From Camelus ferus (lineage: Eukaryota): DNA of 64,000 bases. Positions 13,555 through 26,166 of the stretch are shown here, piece by piece. The notes beneath the pieces were generated by a model. The model saw only the letters and a program-made list of their open reading frames with translations. It did not search any database and was not told the origin of the DNA. The first letter of the stretch is position 1, and each line of letters opens with the position of its first letter. The position numbers and the translations under genes were made by a program. The stretch is from contig NC_045697.1 in NCBI RefSeq assembly GCF_009834535.1, positions 96,846,001-96,910,000 on the forward strand, written 5' to 3'.

Positions 13555-14453
13555 ATGAGCAATATGAAGAAGCCAAGGAACCACTCCCAATTAAAAGATC
13601 AAGAGAAATCCCCTGAAAGCATGATCAAGGAAATAGACATTGATGGCCTACTAGATCAAGATTCCAAAAAAGGACTGATCAAAGTACTGAAGGAACTTAA
13701 AGAAATAGTGTTTAGAGATATAAAATATGTCAAAAATGAAATAGAAGCTATAAAGAAGAACCAAGTAGAATTAGTAAACTCATTTGCTGAGATGAGAGCT
13801 GACCTAAAGGCTGTACAAAGCAGGCTAGATAATGCAGAGGAACGAATAAGTGACCTAGAAGACAGGACAATAGAAAGCACCCAATCAGAACAGCTGAGAG
13901 AAATACAAATAAAAAACAATGAAAACAATATAAGGGGCCTATGGGATAATATAAAGCATGCCAATCTACGCATAATAGGGGTTCCAGAAGGGGAAGAAAG
14001 AACAAAGGGGATTGAAAAGGTATTTGAAGAAATCATGACTGAAGACTTCCCAAATCTAAAGGAATCAGATATCCAAGTAAGGAGGCTCAGAGGGTCCCAA
14101 ACAGGAAGAACCCAGACAGACCCACACTAAGACATATCATAATCAAGATGGCCAGAGTCAAGGATAAAGAAATGATTCTAAAGGCAGCAAGAGAAAAGCA
14201 AAGAGTGAGTTACAAGGGAACCCCCATAAGGCTCTCAGCTGATTTCTCTACACAAACACTACAGGCCAGAAGGGAGTGGGCAAGATATATGCAAAGTCCT
14301 GAATGAAAAAAGGATGCAGCCAAGGATACGCTATCCAGCAAGGTTATCCTTTAGAATAGAGGGAGAGATAAAGAACTTCATAGACAAGCAAAAACTCAAA
14401 GAGTTTAGCAACACTAATCCATGCTAAAAGAAATATTCACAGGTCTACTCTAA
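13555..14453 (+). pseudogene. L1 ORF1p (coiled coil, RRM, CTD) with frameshifts
   Basis: 191-aa open frame with the coiled coil (SRLDNAEERISDLED) and NLRIIGVPEGEE. After frameshifts near 14080, 14280 and 14420 it continues with AAREKQRVSYKGTPIRLSADFS, ARREW and YPARLSF, ending at TAA 14451-14453. Confidence 0.9.
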
Positions 14454-15857
14454 ATAGAAAAGAAGCAGGATGCTACAAAAATGAGAAACTCATAACTGGA
14501 AAGGAGATAACTGCCATGAATTACAAAAAGAATAAACACAAATTTGTAAAAGAAGACATCTAAATCATTAAGAGTGGGAGAGGGAAGCAAGGAAAGCCAC
14601 TGTGGAAAACAGTATGGAGATTCCTCAAAAGACTAGGAATAGACTTACCATATGACCCAGGAATCCCACTCCTGGGCATATATCCAGAAGGAACCCTACT
14701 TCAAAATGACACCTGCACCCCAATGTTCATAGCAGCACTATCTGCAATAGCGAAGACATGGAAGCAGCCTAGATGCCCATCAACAGATGATTGAATAAAG
14801 AAGATGTGGTATATTTATATGATGGAATACTATTCAGCCACAAAAACTGACAACATAATGCCATTTGCAGCAACATGGATGTTCCTGGAGAATGTCATTC
14901 TAAGAGAAGTAAGCCAGAAAAAGAAAGAAAAATACCATATGAGATCGCTCATATGAGGAATCTAAAAACAAACAAACAAACAAACAAAAAAAAACATAAA
15001 TACAAAACAGAAACAGACTCACAGACACAGAATACAAAGTTATGGTTGCCAAGTGGGTGGGGGTAGAAGGGACAGACTAGGATTTTAAAATGCAGACTAG
15101 ATAAACTAGATAAACAAGATTATACTGTATAGCACAGGGAAAAATATACGAGATCTTGTGGTAGCTCATAGCAAAAAAAAATGTGACAATGAATATATAC
15201 ATGTTCATGTATGACTGAAAAATTGTGCTCTACAATAGAATTTGTCACAACATTGTAAAATAACTATTATTCAATAAAAAAAATGTAAAAAAAATTTTCA
15301 GTAAGGAGAAAAGTGAAGGTAATATAAGATACTAATTTAAAAATGCTATTCTAAAATTTTTAATGGTACTTAAGTAGTCCCTAAGAAGAGGGAAACAATT
15401 AAGACAAATACAGCAGAGAAGTTTCAGACGGTACATCAGAGGAGCAGAGTTTTCCAGGACAAATACTGATAAACCAAACTTGCCTAGATATCATAAAAGC
15501 CAGGGGGTTCCCAAAGTCAGTTGGAGAGTACATGTCCCCTCTAAAGCCATTCAAATTCATTTTTTTAAGTCAGCTATTTATCTGTTGCTTCTTATTTTGT
15601 AGTTGGCTTTATTCCTTTGATAACTATGTATGTTAAAAAAGCTAAAGATCAAATCTGTTCTTAGAAATAATAATTAGTATATATATGTAAACTTAAAAAA
15701 TGCAGCATACTGTATATATGTATTTACATGCAATATAATGTGTATTGCAGTCAAACTATAATAGATCTACCTAATAAAACTGAAAAAGGAGAAAATGCAT
15801 ATATACATACATAGTTACTAGCTCATTCTCAAAAATAAAACAAAAAAATAAAGTCAG

Positions 15858-15946
<89 letters not shown>
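15858..15946. repeat. Compound (CT)n(AT)n microsatellite
   Basis: Directly visible. Confidence 0.95.
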
Positions 15947-16049
15947 TCTCTTCCAAATCACACTCTTAAGCACATCATTTTGAGACACAAAGTAATGGAT
16001 TTTCTAGGAAGAAGAGTTATCATGTGAGCAGGCCCACATTTGAGGAAAC

Positions 16050-16560
16050 TGAAAGTAGTATCATGTAGTTGGGCCATAAGATTTGATGGGAAAATAAATG
16101 TCTGGAAAGGTAACATATACACAGAATACTGGAGCCTTCTATGCTGTGCTAAGGAGCCTGAGATGTGTCTTAAAGAGAGAGTACACTGAACATGTTATAC
16201 AAGGATAGCGTAATTAAATTTACATGTAAAATTTTCATTCTGGGAATAGTTTTGAGTATGGTTTGGAAGATACTAACTTTAAGAAAGCTGTGAAATAATC
16301 TGGCCAATATTGATCAGAATCACAAAAGTAATAATGGATTTGGAGAGAGAGAAGAATGAATTCAAACATTAGTAAGAGGTATCAGCCAGCTTGGGAATTA
16401 TGTACGGAATGCATGTGAGGATTATGTGAGTAAGATTCTAAATTGGCTATCAGATTTCCTGTTTTAGAAACTAGATGGTTGGAATCATTCCCAGAAGATA
16501 TACGGGAGGAAGGGTCAGTGAGCACGGATGGATGACGAGTTCAGAAATAACTAGATGTGG
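16050..16560 (-). mobile_element. L2 fragment
   Basis: Purine-rich degenerate L2 antisense phrases (gagccttctatgctgtgctaaggag, cagatttcctgttttagaaactagatgg, gacgagttcag). Confidence 0.45.
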
Positions 16561-17062
16561 ACACCAAAAAATGTTTATCATGTAAAAGTTGAATTTTAAC
16601 TTTTTTTTTTACCTTATTATGATGCAAAAGCAAATTGGCATTAGTGTTCCGTTTAAGCAATTTTCAGCATTAGCTTGGCACCAGCTTTTCCCATTGGCAT
16701 TCTTTAAACTTGCCCTGGCTTCAGTGCCAATACTGCCAGGATGTACTTGGCAGTCACAGGATCTAGGTGTCAAATTGTGAAATGATTTTGTTCCACTTTC
16801 TTTTTAAATCAATGATTTTTGCAAGCTAACTTTACTTCCTATTTAGTAATTTAAAGTGAATTTCCGAGGAATATTTTTCATTCAAGTATTTATTACTTAA
16901 ATTCAGCCATTCCACTATGTTTCTGGTGATCCTGTCCATTTCACACACTTCTGTCACACTCTCAGGTCCACCACTCAATCCACTGAAAAGTTGGCCCTTT
17001 CAAATAGCGCCGTGTATTTAAATAGCTGCACTCCCACAGGCCTGAATTCAATGGCCATTCGT

Positions 17063-17490
17063 TTTACATTGGGTTCCGTGGAAACAGGTTCTAAAACAGG
17101 AAGTTCTGTGCAGAATGCTTATTGGGCAGTAGTCTTGGGAGACAGACCTGTCAGGAAGTGAGAAAAGCAGGACTAGATAGAGAGACTATTGTAACCCTTT
17201 GTAACCAAGCTTCCAGCTAATCCTACATGGAGCTCTGTAGCTGGGATGACCTGCAGGGTGGTTCCAAATTTAGGCAAAGGATTAGGCCTTAGTATTCCCC
17301 CACCAGCCAATCTCTAGTCACTGCTGGAAAGGTGAACAGCCTTGAGTGCAGTGGTTTCCTGTGACTAAGGTGATCTGCAGAGAGGAATACAGCTGTGAAC
17401 AATTAGAAATCAAGATTATATGCTCAGCAGTTGGAGGATGGGTGACTTGAAGCTGAAGAAGGGACCTGGGTGAAACACCACCAAATGCAC
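17063..17490 (-). mobile_element. ERVL LTR (LTR16-like)
   Basis: gggttccgtggaaacaggttctaaaacagg...tttattgggcagt...gtgagaaaagcaggact...gagctctgtagctgggatgacc. Confidence 0.6.
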
Positions 17491-18099
17491 TATCCTATCA
17501 TTCATCCTATTTCTGTGCCTACATGTCTTCCAGGAACCTAATTCCCATTCCTCAAATTCCCATTGTCCAGCTGGAACTTGCTGGTCCAAGTATATCTTTA
17601 CCTTCACCTGTGTAGTCTATAAATTAGATTACTTTCTATTCATTTTTTGGCTTCTGGGTTTTTGTTTTTTCCTTCTTCTTTCTCTGTTTTCCATTTTTAT
17701 TTGAGACACTGACAGAATATCGACCAGATCTAAATAGAATGTGGTACAGAATTACACATAATGTTAAACATGAACACTCACTGATCTTCAAAGAATTATG
17801 TAGTACTAGGATATAAAAATTTGAACAAAATGTATACAAATATAAGCCTGAGAAAAACTTAAATATGTAATGTATATGAATGTTAATCCCAGTCACTGGA
17901 ACAAAAATCTCTTTCCTTTCTTGAATGTCTTTTCTAAATTGACCCAAAATACTAAACTAAGTACAGTTAGATCACCCATTAACTAGTTAGAACTATTTTT
18001 GTGTTCTTTTTATGGTATAATAATGAAAATGTTAATAATCAATATACTATACAAGGTATAACAAAATACCAAAATCAAGAATATTTTATTGATAGTTTT

Positions 18100-19880
18100 A
18101 AGTGAATAATACCTATTCTTTCCCTGATACTAGAGGGAAAGCATATCATTCAACATTAAGCATCATACTAGTTGTAAGGTTTTCATAGGTGCACTTTATT
18201 TCTTTTTAAGATATTTGGTAGAATTCATCATTCAATGTACCTAGACTTGGAATTTTATTTGTGGGAACATTTTAAGCTAATAATCTAATTTAAAGAATAG
18301 ATCTAGAGCTATTCAGAATGTCTGTTTCTTCTTGGATGAACTTTGGTAGTGCCTTTCAATGAGTTTTTCTATTTCATCTAACATCAAATCTGTTAGCACA
18401 AGTTATTTATAATAATCACTTCTCATACTTTAAATGAATGTAGGATTTTTAGTGACATTTCTGCTTTCATTACTAATATCAGAAACTTGCATTTTCTCTT
18501 TTTTTGTTATTCAGATAAGCTATTCCTATTCCTAGTGCAGTTTCTTTCCTATTTTTTCTGCTTCAAATTTGTTGAGCTTCTTGGATCTGTGAGTACGTAG
18601 TTGTCATCAAATTTGACAAAAAATGCCATTATTTAATTTTTTTCCTGCCTCTTCAACTTTTGGTACTCAAATTACATTAATGTTGGATTCACTGATAATA
18701 ATTCACAGAAAATATGAAATTCTGTTTACTTTGTTAGTCTTTTTTCTCTTTGCATCTTCACTAATCTTATCTTGTGAAGTGTCCAATCTGCTCTTAATCA
18801 AATTTGGTGTATTTTTCATTTCAGTTTGCATGTTTTTTTTTTAAATCTCTAGTAGTTTGATTGATTTTTTTTACATCCGCTGTATCTTTATTCATCATAT
18901 AGTCTTGAACATATGCAGTGAAATTACCATAGCTATTTTAAGATCGCTGTGCTAATTCTATCATCTTAGTCATGATTTTTTCTGTTTCTATTGATTGATT
19001 TTTCTCCTAGTTTTTGGTTATTTTCTTGCCTCTTTGTATGCTTGTTAATTTTTCAATTGTTGATTACAATTTACTGCTCCCTTTAGATCCAGCAATTTTT
19101 TTCTTGTATGTTAGATGCTATGGATGATAATGTCAGTGAAACTGCAACACTTTTAAAGGTGTTTAGGTTTGTTGTGCTAGTAGGCAGTTAAAGTACTGAC
19201 ACATTATTTCCAGGCTCCCAGGCTTGGTTTTATTCTTTGTTAGAATACAGCTATTTTAGTTTTTCCCTTAACCCCAGGATATGCTTCATATTCAAAGACA
19301 TATTTTTTTTCTCCCAAGCTTGAAGAGTCTACAGTCTCAACTAAATGTATGAGTTCGAGGAGGACTCTATCATCTGACTGGGCTAGAACCCCAACGTGTT
19401 TCAGCACTTCACAGTTTCTGGTATTTTTCTCAGCTCTTGGTCCCCTTGCAGCAGTGACTCTCTACAACCTCCTAGTAATCTCTTCTGCACATGTGCAGAT
19501 TGTCCCTCAGTCATGGAAACATGGAGAATGCCCTGCAGATTTCTGAGACTTCCCTCTTCACACTCTCTTCTCTCTACTACCTGCCTTACTAATTTCAGCC
19601 ACGTTAGCTGCCCTCAACTCCAGTGCTCCTCCTCAGCTCAGTGAGGCTGCGGTACTCCGGCCTTCAACTTACTGCACTGTGGTGAGAGAAGGTCTCCCTA
19701 GACAGAAAGCCTGAGTGCATGTGGGGTTTGCCTTGTTTGTTCTCCTTTTCTCAAAATCATGATCATTCATGACCTGTGTTCCAAAGCCTGGAAACATTTG
19801 TCTTATATCTTTTTTGAAATTTAATATTGTTTAAACTGAAATAGCAAGTTTGGTTCCATTTAACATACAATGGCTATAAG
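18100..19880 (-). mobile_element. Old L1M fragments (antisense)
   Basis: tagagggaaagcatatca...ttggtagaattca...tttgttgagcttcttggatctgtg...atcaaatttg, T-rich L1 antisense sequence. Confidence 0.65.
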
Positions 19881-21461
19881 AGAAATTTTTAATTCTTCAG
19901 TTTTAAATAAAAATTTCTATCTTTATCTCTTTGAAAATAAACTGATAGAAATATATGGCATCAATTGTTACTATCATAAATAATGTAAATTAAATATATT
20001 TATATTTATTAGATACTCTAATAATCTGCTACCAACAAAACCCAATGATGACTTCCCTTTTTGTAATACATTGCAATGAATTGGTACATTTTAATCATTT
20101 TAAAGTGAATACATGAATCTAATTGCAACTATATTTTTACATGTGAAAGGTAAAACATTTGTACTTTTTAGCACTGGGCCAACTGGCAAATCATTTTTAC
20201 ATCATAGTGACTGTTTCCTAGGTACTTCCTACTATTTTAACCAACAATGAGTCAAGGTATATTCCTGCATTTACACACTAGTATGTAAGAATCATTACTA
20301 CAGGTGGAGAAACTCAGAGACAAGGATAATTATTTTATATGATCACAAAGAGAAACAACAGTATTAGAATAACCATTACTTACAAAAGAACATTAAGTAT
20401 GCTAACACAGTGCTCTTTTTTCCTTAATATAATTTTAGGGCAGGCACTACATTTCTCAGTATAGTCCCAAAACTAAGTGGCAGTCTGATAAGAGTTGCAT
20501 TAAAGCAAACTTCACTTAACGATGACAAGATCCCTCTCATTTCCTTTGCCCTAGTTCGACATAAGTTGCAATTTGTGCGATGTCACCAACCATCAATCAA
20601 TCACCCATGCAACACCAAATAAAGAGATGAAATGGCTAAGTAAATATATCTTTTAAAAATACAGGGAAAAAAAGAAATAAAATCAGCAACTAGGCTGCAC
20701 ACTGAGAAGACATGGCCCAAATACTCTTATTTTAAACACTTGTATTTTAAGGACATGAAGCCTGTAAAGCTTTGCCTATTTTCCCCCGCATAATACATTA
20801 ACTATTTAAATCCCAGAGTAGTTTTAACATACTACAGTCTCAATTAATTTTGTTTCCTAAGAAGACCTGGAAGAGTTCTTTCACACTTGAATAGTTCTTA
20901 TCTTATTGGTAGGCTTTGGATAGCTATGCTATAAATATTACTGGTTTAATAATACTTTATTTTTCTCAATCAATATCTTCATTATCAAAACAAGTCAATC
21001 TAGATGAGATGAGGATAATGATAAGAGCAGTGGTTTAAAAATTCATATTTTTGTACAAGTACTATATCCCCAAAACACTTGCAAGAAATGCAACTTAAAA
21101 TTTCCAAAAGGAAGAATTTACTATAATCTATAAAGCATCTTCTTATTTTCTAGAATTTCTTGGGTATCTGCTATAAAATTAAGACTATTATGAGAAAACA
21201 ATTTAAAAATAAAATGAATGACTCTGTTTTTAAATGTCTTCTAGGTGACAGCAGATAGACTTAACAAAAGTAATAATTTCTGTACAGATGCAAGAAGATA
21301 CAGATTGGCATAAGGAGATGAGAAAGGATCAGTAAAAGATGAAAGCAGTGGATGGGCTGAATGAGGACATAATGATACTGCATCAAACCATACTAAGAGC
21401 CATACTAACATTTAGAGAGGGAGAATTATAAGTTAACATCACACATGCACTGTGGTTTTGT

Positions 21462-21462
<1 letters not shown>

Positions 21463-21497
<35 letters not shown>
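21463..21497. repeat. (TG)n microsatellite
   Basis: Directly visible. Confidence 0.95.
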
Positions 21498-21500
<3 letters not shown>

Positions 21501-24500
21501 AAACTTGTAGTTTTATGTATATATATAACTTATAGTTTCATTCATCTTTAAGTTTAAATTTCAAATACATAGAATTTTACTAGTTAGTATGTTTTAATTA
21601 TTTTCTTACCAAATCCTTTCTATTAACTTTATATTTGATGTTAAAATTTATCTACTTAGTATATTTGAAAACATAGGTGCCTATGCCTGATGAATCCACA
21701 GAAAATTGCAATCCAGTACTGGTGGCCAAAGGGAGCAGAATGAAGAACACCATGCCTTACAGGCTGGTTCCTTTTATACCCAGGAAGCCCAAGATAGATC
21801 CTTATAACATGCAGATATCAACCTGTGAGACAGTGTCCTGCGAGGCACACAAGTATATATGTTCTCACATCAAAAATGATTTAGAAAGAGAAGATGTTTT
21901 AAAACAATTTTAACAAGAAATAAATTTAACTTTCTCATTTTAATGGCATTTAAAAGTACTGTAATGACATGAAAGTAATGCAACGATACAAGCATATATT
22001 CTGTTCCTTTTTAATTTTCTCAAGATCTTCTTTTTAAGCCCCTGTTTCTTCACTTATTTTTCTTAAAAAAAGTCTTACTTTAACCAAATAATACAGATAT
22101 TAACAAAGAAATGTAATCATTTCCATACTCAGACTTTTGTATTCTGAATATTACATGGAAAGATAATGACAAAGGGTCTTGATTTTAGGAAAAAAATAGA
22201 AAAAGCGAATCATTTTTATCTCGGAATTATTTTTGACAAGCAATATAAAAGTGTATATGTATTTGGATTCAAATATGAAATGTATCAAAAAGGACGTAAA
22301 CTGATTTCAGGTCCTTGCTTGCTAGTCACAAGGAATTAAAAAGGGAGTAAAACTAGCAACTATAAATCACTTTCTCAAAATGTACTGAGATAGTGTCTAG
22401 TAGTTTCACATTTCTCTCATAAATGTTTATCAAAATCACTGTAAAGAAGCCCTTTAAATTTCATGCCTTGATGAAAATAGTTTCATTTTCTTATATATTA
22501 TTAAAAACAAAAAGAGGAGAAATAAAAAAGCATGGAAAGACTAAATAAATGAAAAAAATTTTCTACAGAAGTTTATAACTATCATATATATTAAAATAAT
22601 ATATGAATAATATGAATGGTTATAGTATTTGATTTGTTCACTTTTTATACACCTTAAAAAGCTTTAAAAAGGAAAAAAATGTGGAACATTTATTATCCAT
22701 TTAATGAACATTTACCAAATAATATCTAATGCCAGCCACTATCTTAGCTACTTGAACTGCCAAAATGGCAAAAAGCCACAGTTTCATTACCCAAGGACCT
22801 CACAGCTGGCTGGGAGAAGACAGAAACACAGGTCAGTCACAGTATAAAAGAGGAAAATGGTACATGAGTGTGAATGGAATATAATACAGCAGGATTGTAG
22901 AACATGCTTTGAAACATGACATGAAAATATTCATTTCTTCAGCAAATTTTATATCTAGATTTGTTTAGGATTATAATGTCCAATAATAATTTTAATATGG
23001 AAGAGTCAAAATTGACTTTATTTTAAGTTCCTAATCTGAGAAAAGATAATTGTCTTTATTTCATGAGGAAAATTGGTACTATTCAGGCCAGGGGCTATAT
23101 TTTAAGTTTTCAGAAAACCTTAGTGTGTTCTCTGCACGACTGCTGTCATGCAGAGTCCTCGTGCCGTTTAAGCTTTGCGCCCAGGAAACACTTAATTGGC
23201 ATAGCTGGAACCGAAGTCTACCATGGATATACATTTTATGTTTAGAGGTGTTACAGATTGTGATGTCTAAAATCAGAGGTGTCAAATACATGTGTATGCT
23301 ATTGTTGTACAAACAAAACTACAGGTGGCTTATTGGCTTACTTTCCTCATCATATGGTTAATTTACCCACACCCTTTCTCTAAAACATTTAAAGTGACAA
23401 TATGCCATATGATCATTCACATAGTAAATACCACTACAAAAACTCTGTAATGCAAACATTTTTTGTGAATTCATCTTTCAAATTTTATATAAAAATGGAA
23501 ATTTTTGATATAAGCATTTTTACAGTTTGCATCATATTTCTTCTACATCTCTGGACACTGGCTAGTGGCTACTTGCATTCTTATATAAAGTGTCCAGATC
23601 TCATTTCAAGGCAAGAACAATGATTTTACAGATTTTGATAACTTTCATTTCTTATTCCATGATACTGTTTTCTGAAGGAGTTGTCTATGTCTGCATATAG
23701 ATGTTAAACTGCCTGTCATCGCATGATTCACATTTTCATCTTCCTTACTATTTTTAAGAAAAATAGGTCACAGTAAACATAGCATGATTTAAATGAGGAA
23801 ATATACATTTTGCTTTATTTAATTTTATTTTTGTGATGAGAGTTCCATTTTATCAGTTCTTTGTTGGGGATAACATCATAAACAAGCCCATTACTGGAGC
23901 AATTAATGTGTTCATAGGTAGTTTGTGGAATATAAAGTTTCATTCTTTCATAAAAAAAATTCATATTTTAAATGAATAAGGGCAGTATGAGCTTAATATG
24001 AACTGATCTGGCTTGTTTAATGTATTTTTCTCGCTATAGATTATAGCATTCTATACTTCAGAGAATCTTGAATAACCCCAAAGCAAAGGATCTACTGTCT
24101 GTTTTTCAAAAGAAGGTGTTTTATGTAATAAAATTCTCCCTACAAACTGAATGTGAGAATCCTCGATCAATATTCACTTAACAGGGAAAATGCCACACAT
24201 ATCATTAGCATTATCTCTTCTGACATCACTTGTCACTGATTTGTAGCCTAGCTGAGGTGGTTTATAGTCACAAAGCCACAAGGTACCGATGATATGTGAT
24301 TAGTCATGAAAAGAAGCCTTCTTACTACCAAGGAGCACTCTAATCATATAAGTGTGGGCACACAAAAACTGTAGACTTGCTCATCTCAGGCTGGGTAGCA
24401 CATTAACATATTTGTCAAGGTAAATACTGTGACTCAAGATTTAAAATAAGCCCTGTATTATATTTTTCTGTATCTAAACTTAAGATTATTAGAATTCTAA

Positions 24501-24844
24501 GATCAGTCTTCACTAGTTTGACCTCATGTATTTTATTATATAATCATTAAAGTAAGGGAAGAAAAGTAAGAAGAAAGTAGAATAAGAAGAAGAAGAAAAA
24601 TCACTGAGTATCTGGAAAGCATAATATGCTATTAATGTTTTCATTTATTTTTACTTGCAATAGTCATCAATTACTAGCAAAGATGTAAGAACTCACCAAA
24701 ACAAGGCTTATAATACTTTGTATGAATTACAAATAATTAAGAAAATAAGCTTTAAGCTAATTAGACCCTAAAAAGTAGCAATCTCTTTTGTTTACAGCTT
24801 TCTTCTAAAGACCCCACGGGCTTTATTTAAAAGAGCAAAATCTA

Positions 24845-25430
24845 ACATTCAATTTGTTGAATAATTACTATTTGCAAGGGACTATTCTAGGTATTAGAGA
24901 TATGGAAGAAAACAAGAGAGCCAAAATCTGGGGCTTCTTGAGGCTTATAGTCTAGTAGGATGACAATAAATTAACTAATAAGCAAAATATATTGTTTGCC
25001 TATTTTGATAATAGCATAGTCCTTTGGTTGCTGGAAACAAAATATTCTCAGATTTAAGGTAGCCAAATGAACTACTAAATAAATCAGAGATTATGGATAG
25101 GAAAAATGACAAGGGGGCAGTTGTAATTTTATAAAATGATCACTTATTTTCACATAATGGTGATATCTGTGCCAAAATCTAAAGAAACAATCCTTGAAAA
25201 CATTTGAAACCAGAGTGTTTTAGTAAATTCAAAAGATTGGGCCTGGCCTGGAATATGTTCCACAGTGTCTAGAACAGCTTGGAGACTGTGTGCTGGGAGT
25301 GAAATGAGCACCAGAGGGAGCAGCTCCAGGGGAGTCCAAAGAGGTTAGAGGGACAGTTTGTTAGGGTCCTTGCCCACTGTAACAACTTTGGCTTTAAGCT
25401 TAGAGAGATATCTTCTAAAGAACAATTATA
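24845..25430 (-). mobile_element. L2 fragment
   Basis: cattcaatttgttgaataattactatttgcaagggactattctaggtattagagata...gaggcttatagtctagt. Confidence 0.6.
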
Positions 25431-26148
25431 ACAATTCTGAAAAATTGGAGACAAGTGGTTACAAAGGTGACATCTCCTCATTTAAAATTGTCATATCAAC
25501 TGGCATTGACTAGTCACCTAATCTGATGTTTTTTATTGGTTTCAGAATGTCAATGGTCAGGAAAAAAATACAGCTGTTTACCAATGGTCTTTCCATACAG
25601 TTTAACATAAACTTACCAAATAAACGAAGAGAGAGAGATTTCACTATAAAATATAAACAAAATAAAATATGGGTAGTTGTCAATACTCTCTAGTTCAGAT
25701 TTCAACATTTGTGCAAACAAACAAAAAAAAAAGTTCCAGGTAAGTTTTTATTGAGATGATGAACTGATTTCTGAAACTACCTGACATTGATCTTGGACAC
25801 ATCACTTTATCTTTCTAGGACTCTATGTTTTTTCAACGTGTAAAATGGTAAGGGTGAGGCAGTGAATTTAGAAGTGTCCCTTTATTGGTCTACAATGTTA
25901 TGATTTAAAAATGAAAATGATGTTGTAAATACAGCTTATATATCACAGAATCTATCTGAAAAGGCAATTTCTAATCTTCTGTAAAACTAATACCTAAATA
26001 TTATATGCCTATGCATAAATATCGTATGGAAAAAAAGAAATACATGAAGCATACAGAAAAACTTTTTTTTTTTTTTTAAATCACCATAAAGGAGTTCTTT
26101 TGATTACTTAAAATTTCAGAACATTTCTTCCAAGCAACCAAAGAGCTA

Positions 26149-26166
26149 TGCTGCCACCTTCTGGTT
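26149..26166 (-). promoter_or_regulatory. CTCF motif
   Basis: Minus strand aaccagaaggtggcagca matches the CTCF core CCASYAGRKGGCRS with one mismatch, in non-repeat DNA. Confidence 0.6.

Larger units (their letters stand above)
12215..15291 (+). mobile_element. Young L1 with full 5'UTR, ORF1 and 3'UTR but nearly all ORF2 missing (HAL1-like)
   Basis: GC-rich 5'UTR; ORF1 at 13555; a jump at ~14596 into the ORF2 C-terminal tail; AATAAA at 15273 plus A-tail; TSD aaaatgtcagtaagg (12200-12214) / aaattttcagtaagg (15292-15306), 13/15 identical, at a ttt|aaaa endonuclease site. Confidence 0.9.

Noticed and set aside
12184..13590. Many overlapping 60-190 aa ORFs on both strands
   Set aside because: They lie in the GC-rich L1 5'UTR, where stop codons are rare; no recognisable protein.
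13656..14036. Minus-strand ORFs of 126 and 85 aa
   Set aside because: Antisense shadow of L1 ORF1.
15771..15956. RE-repeat ORF
   Set aside because: Translation of the (CT)n microsatellite.
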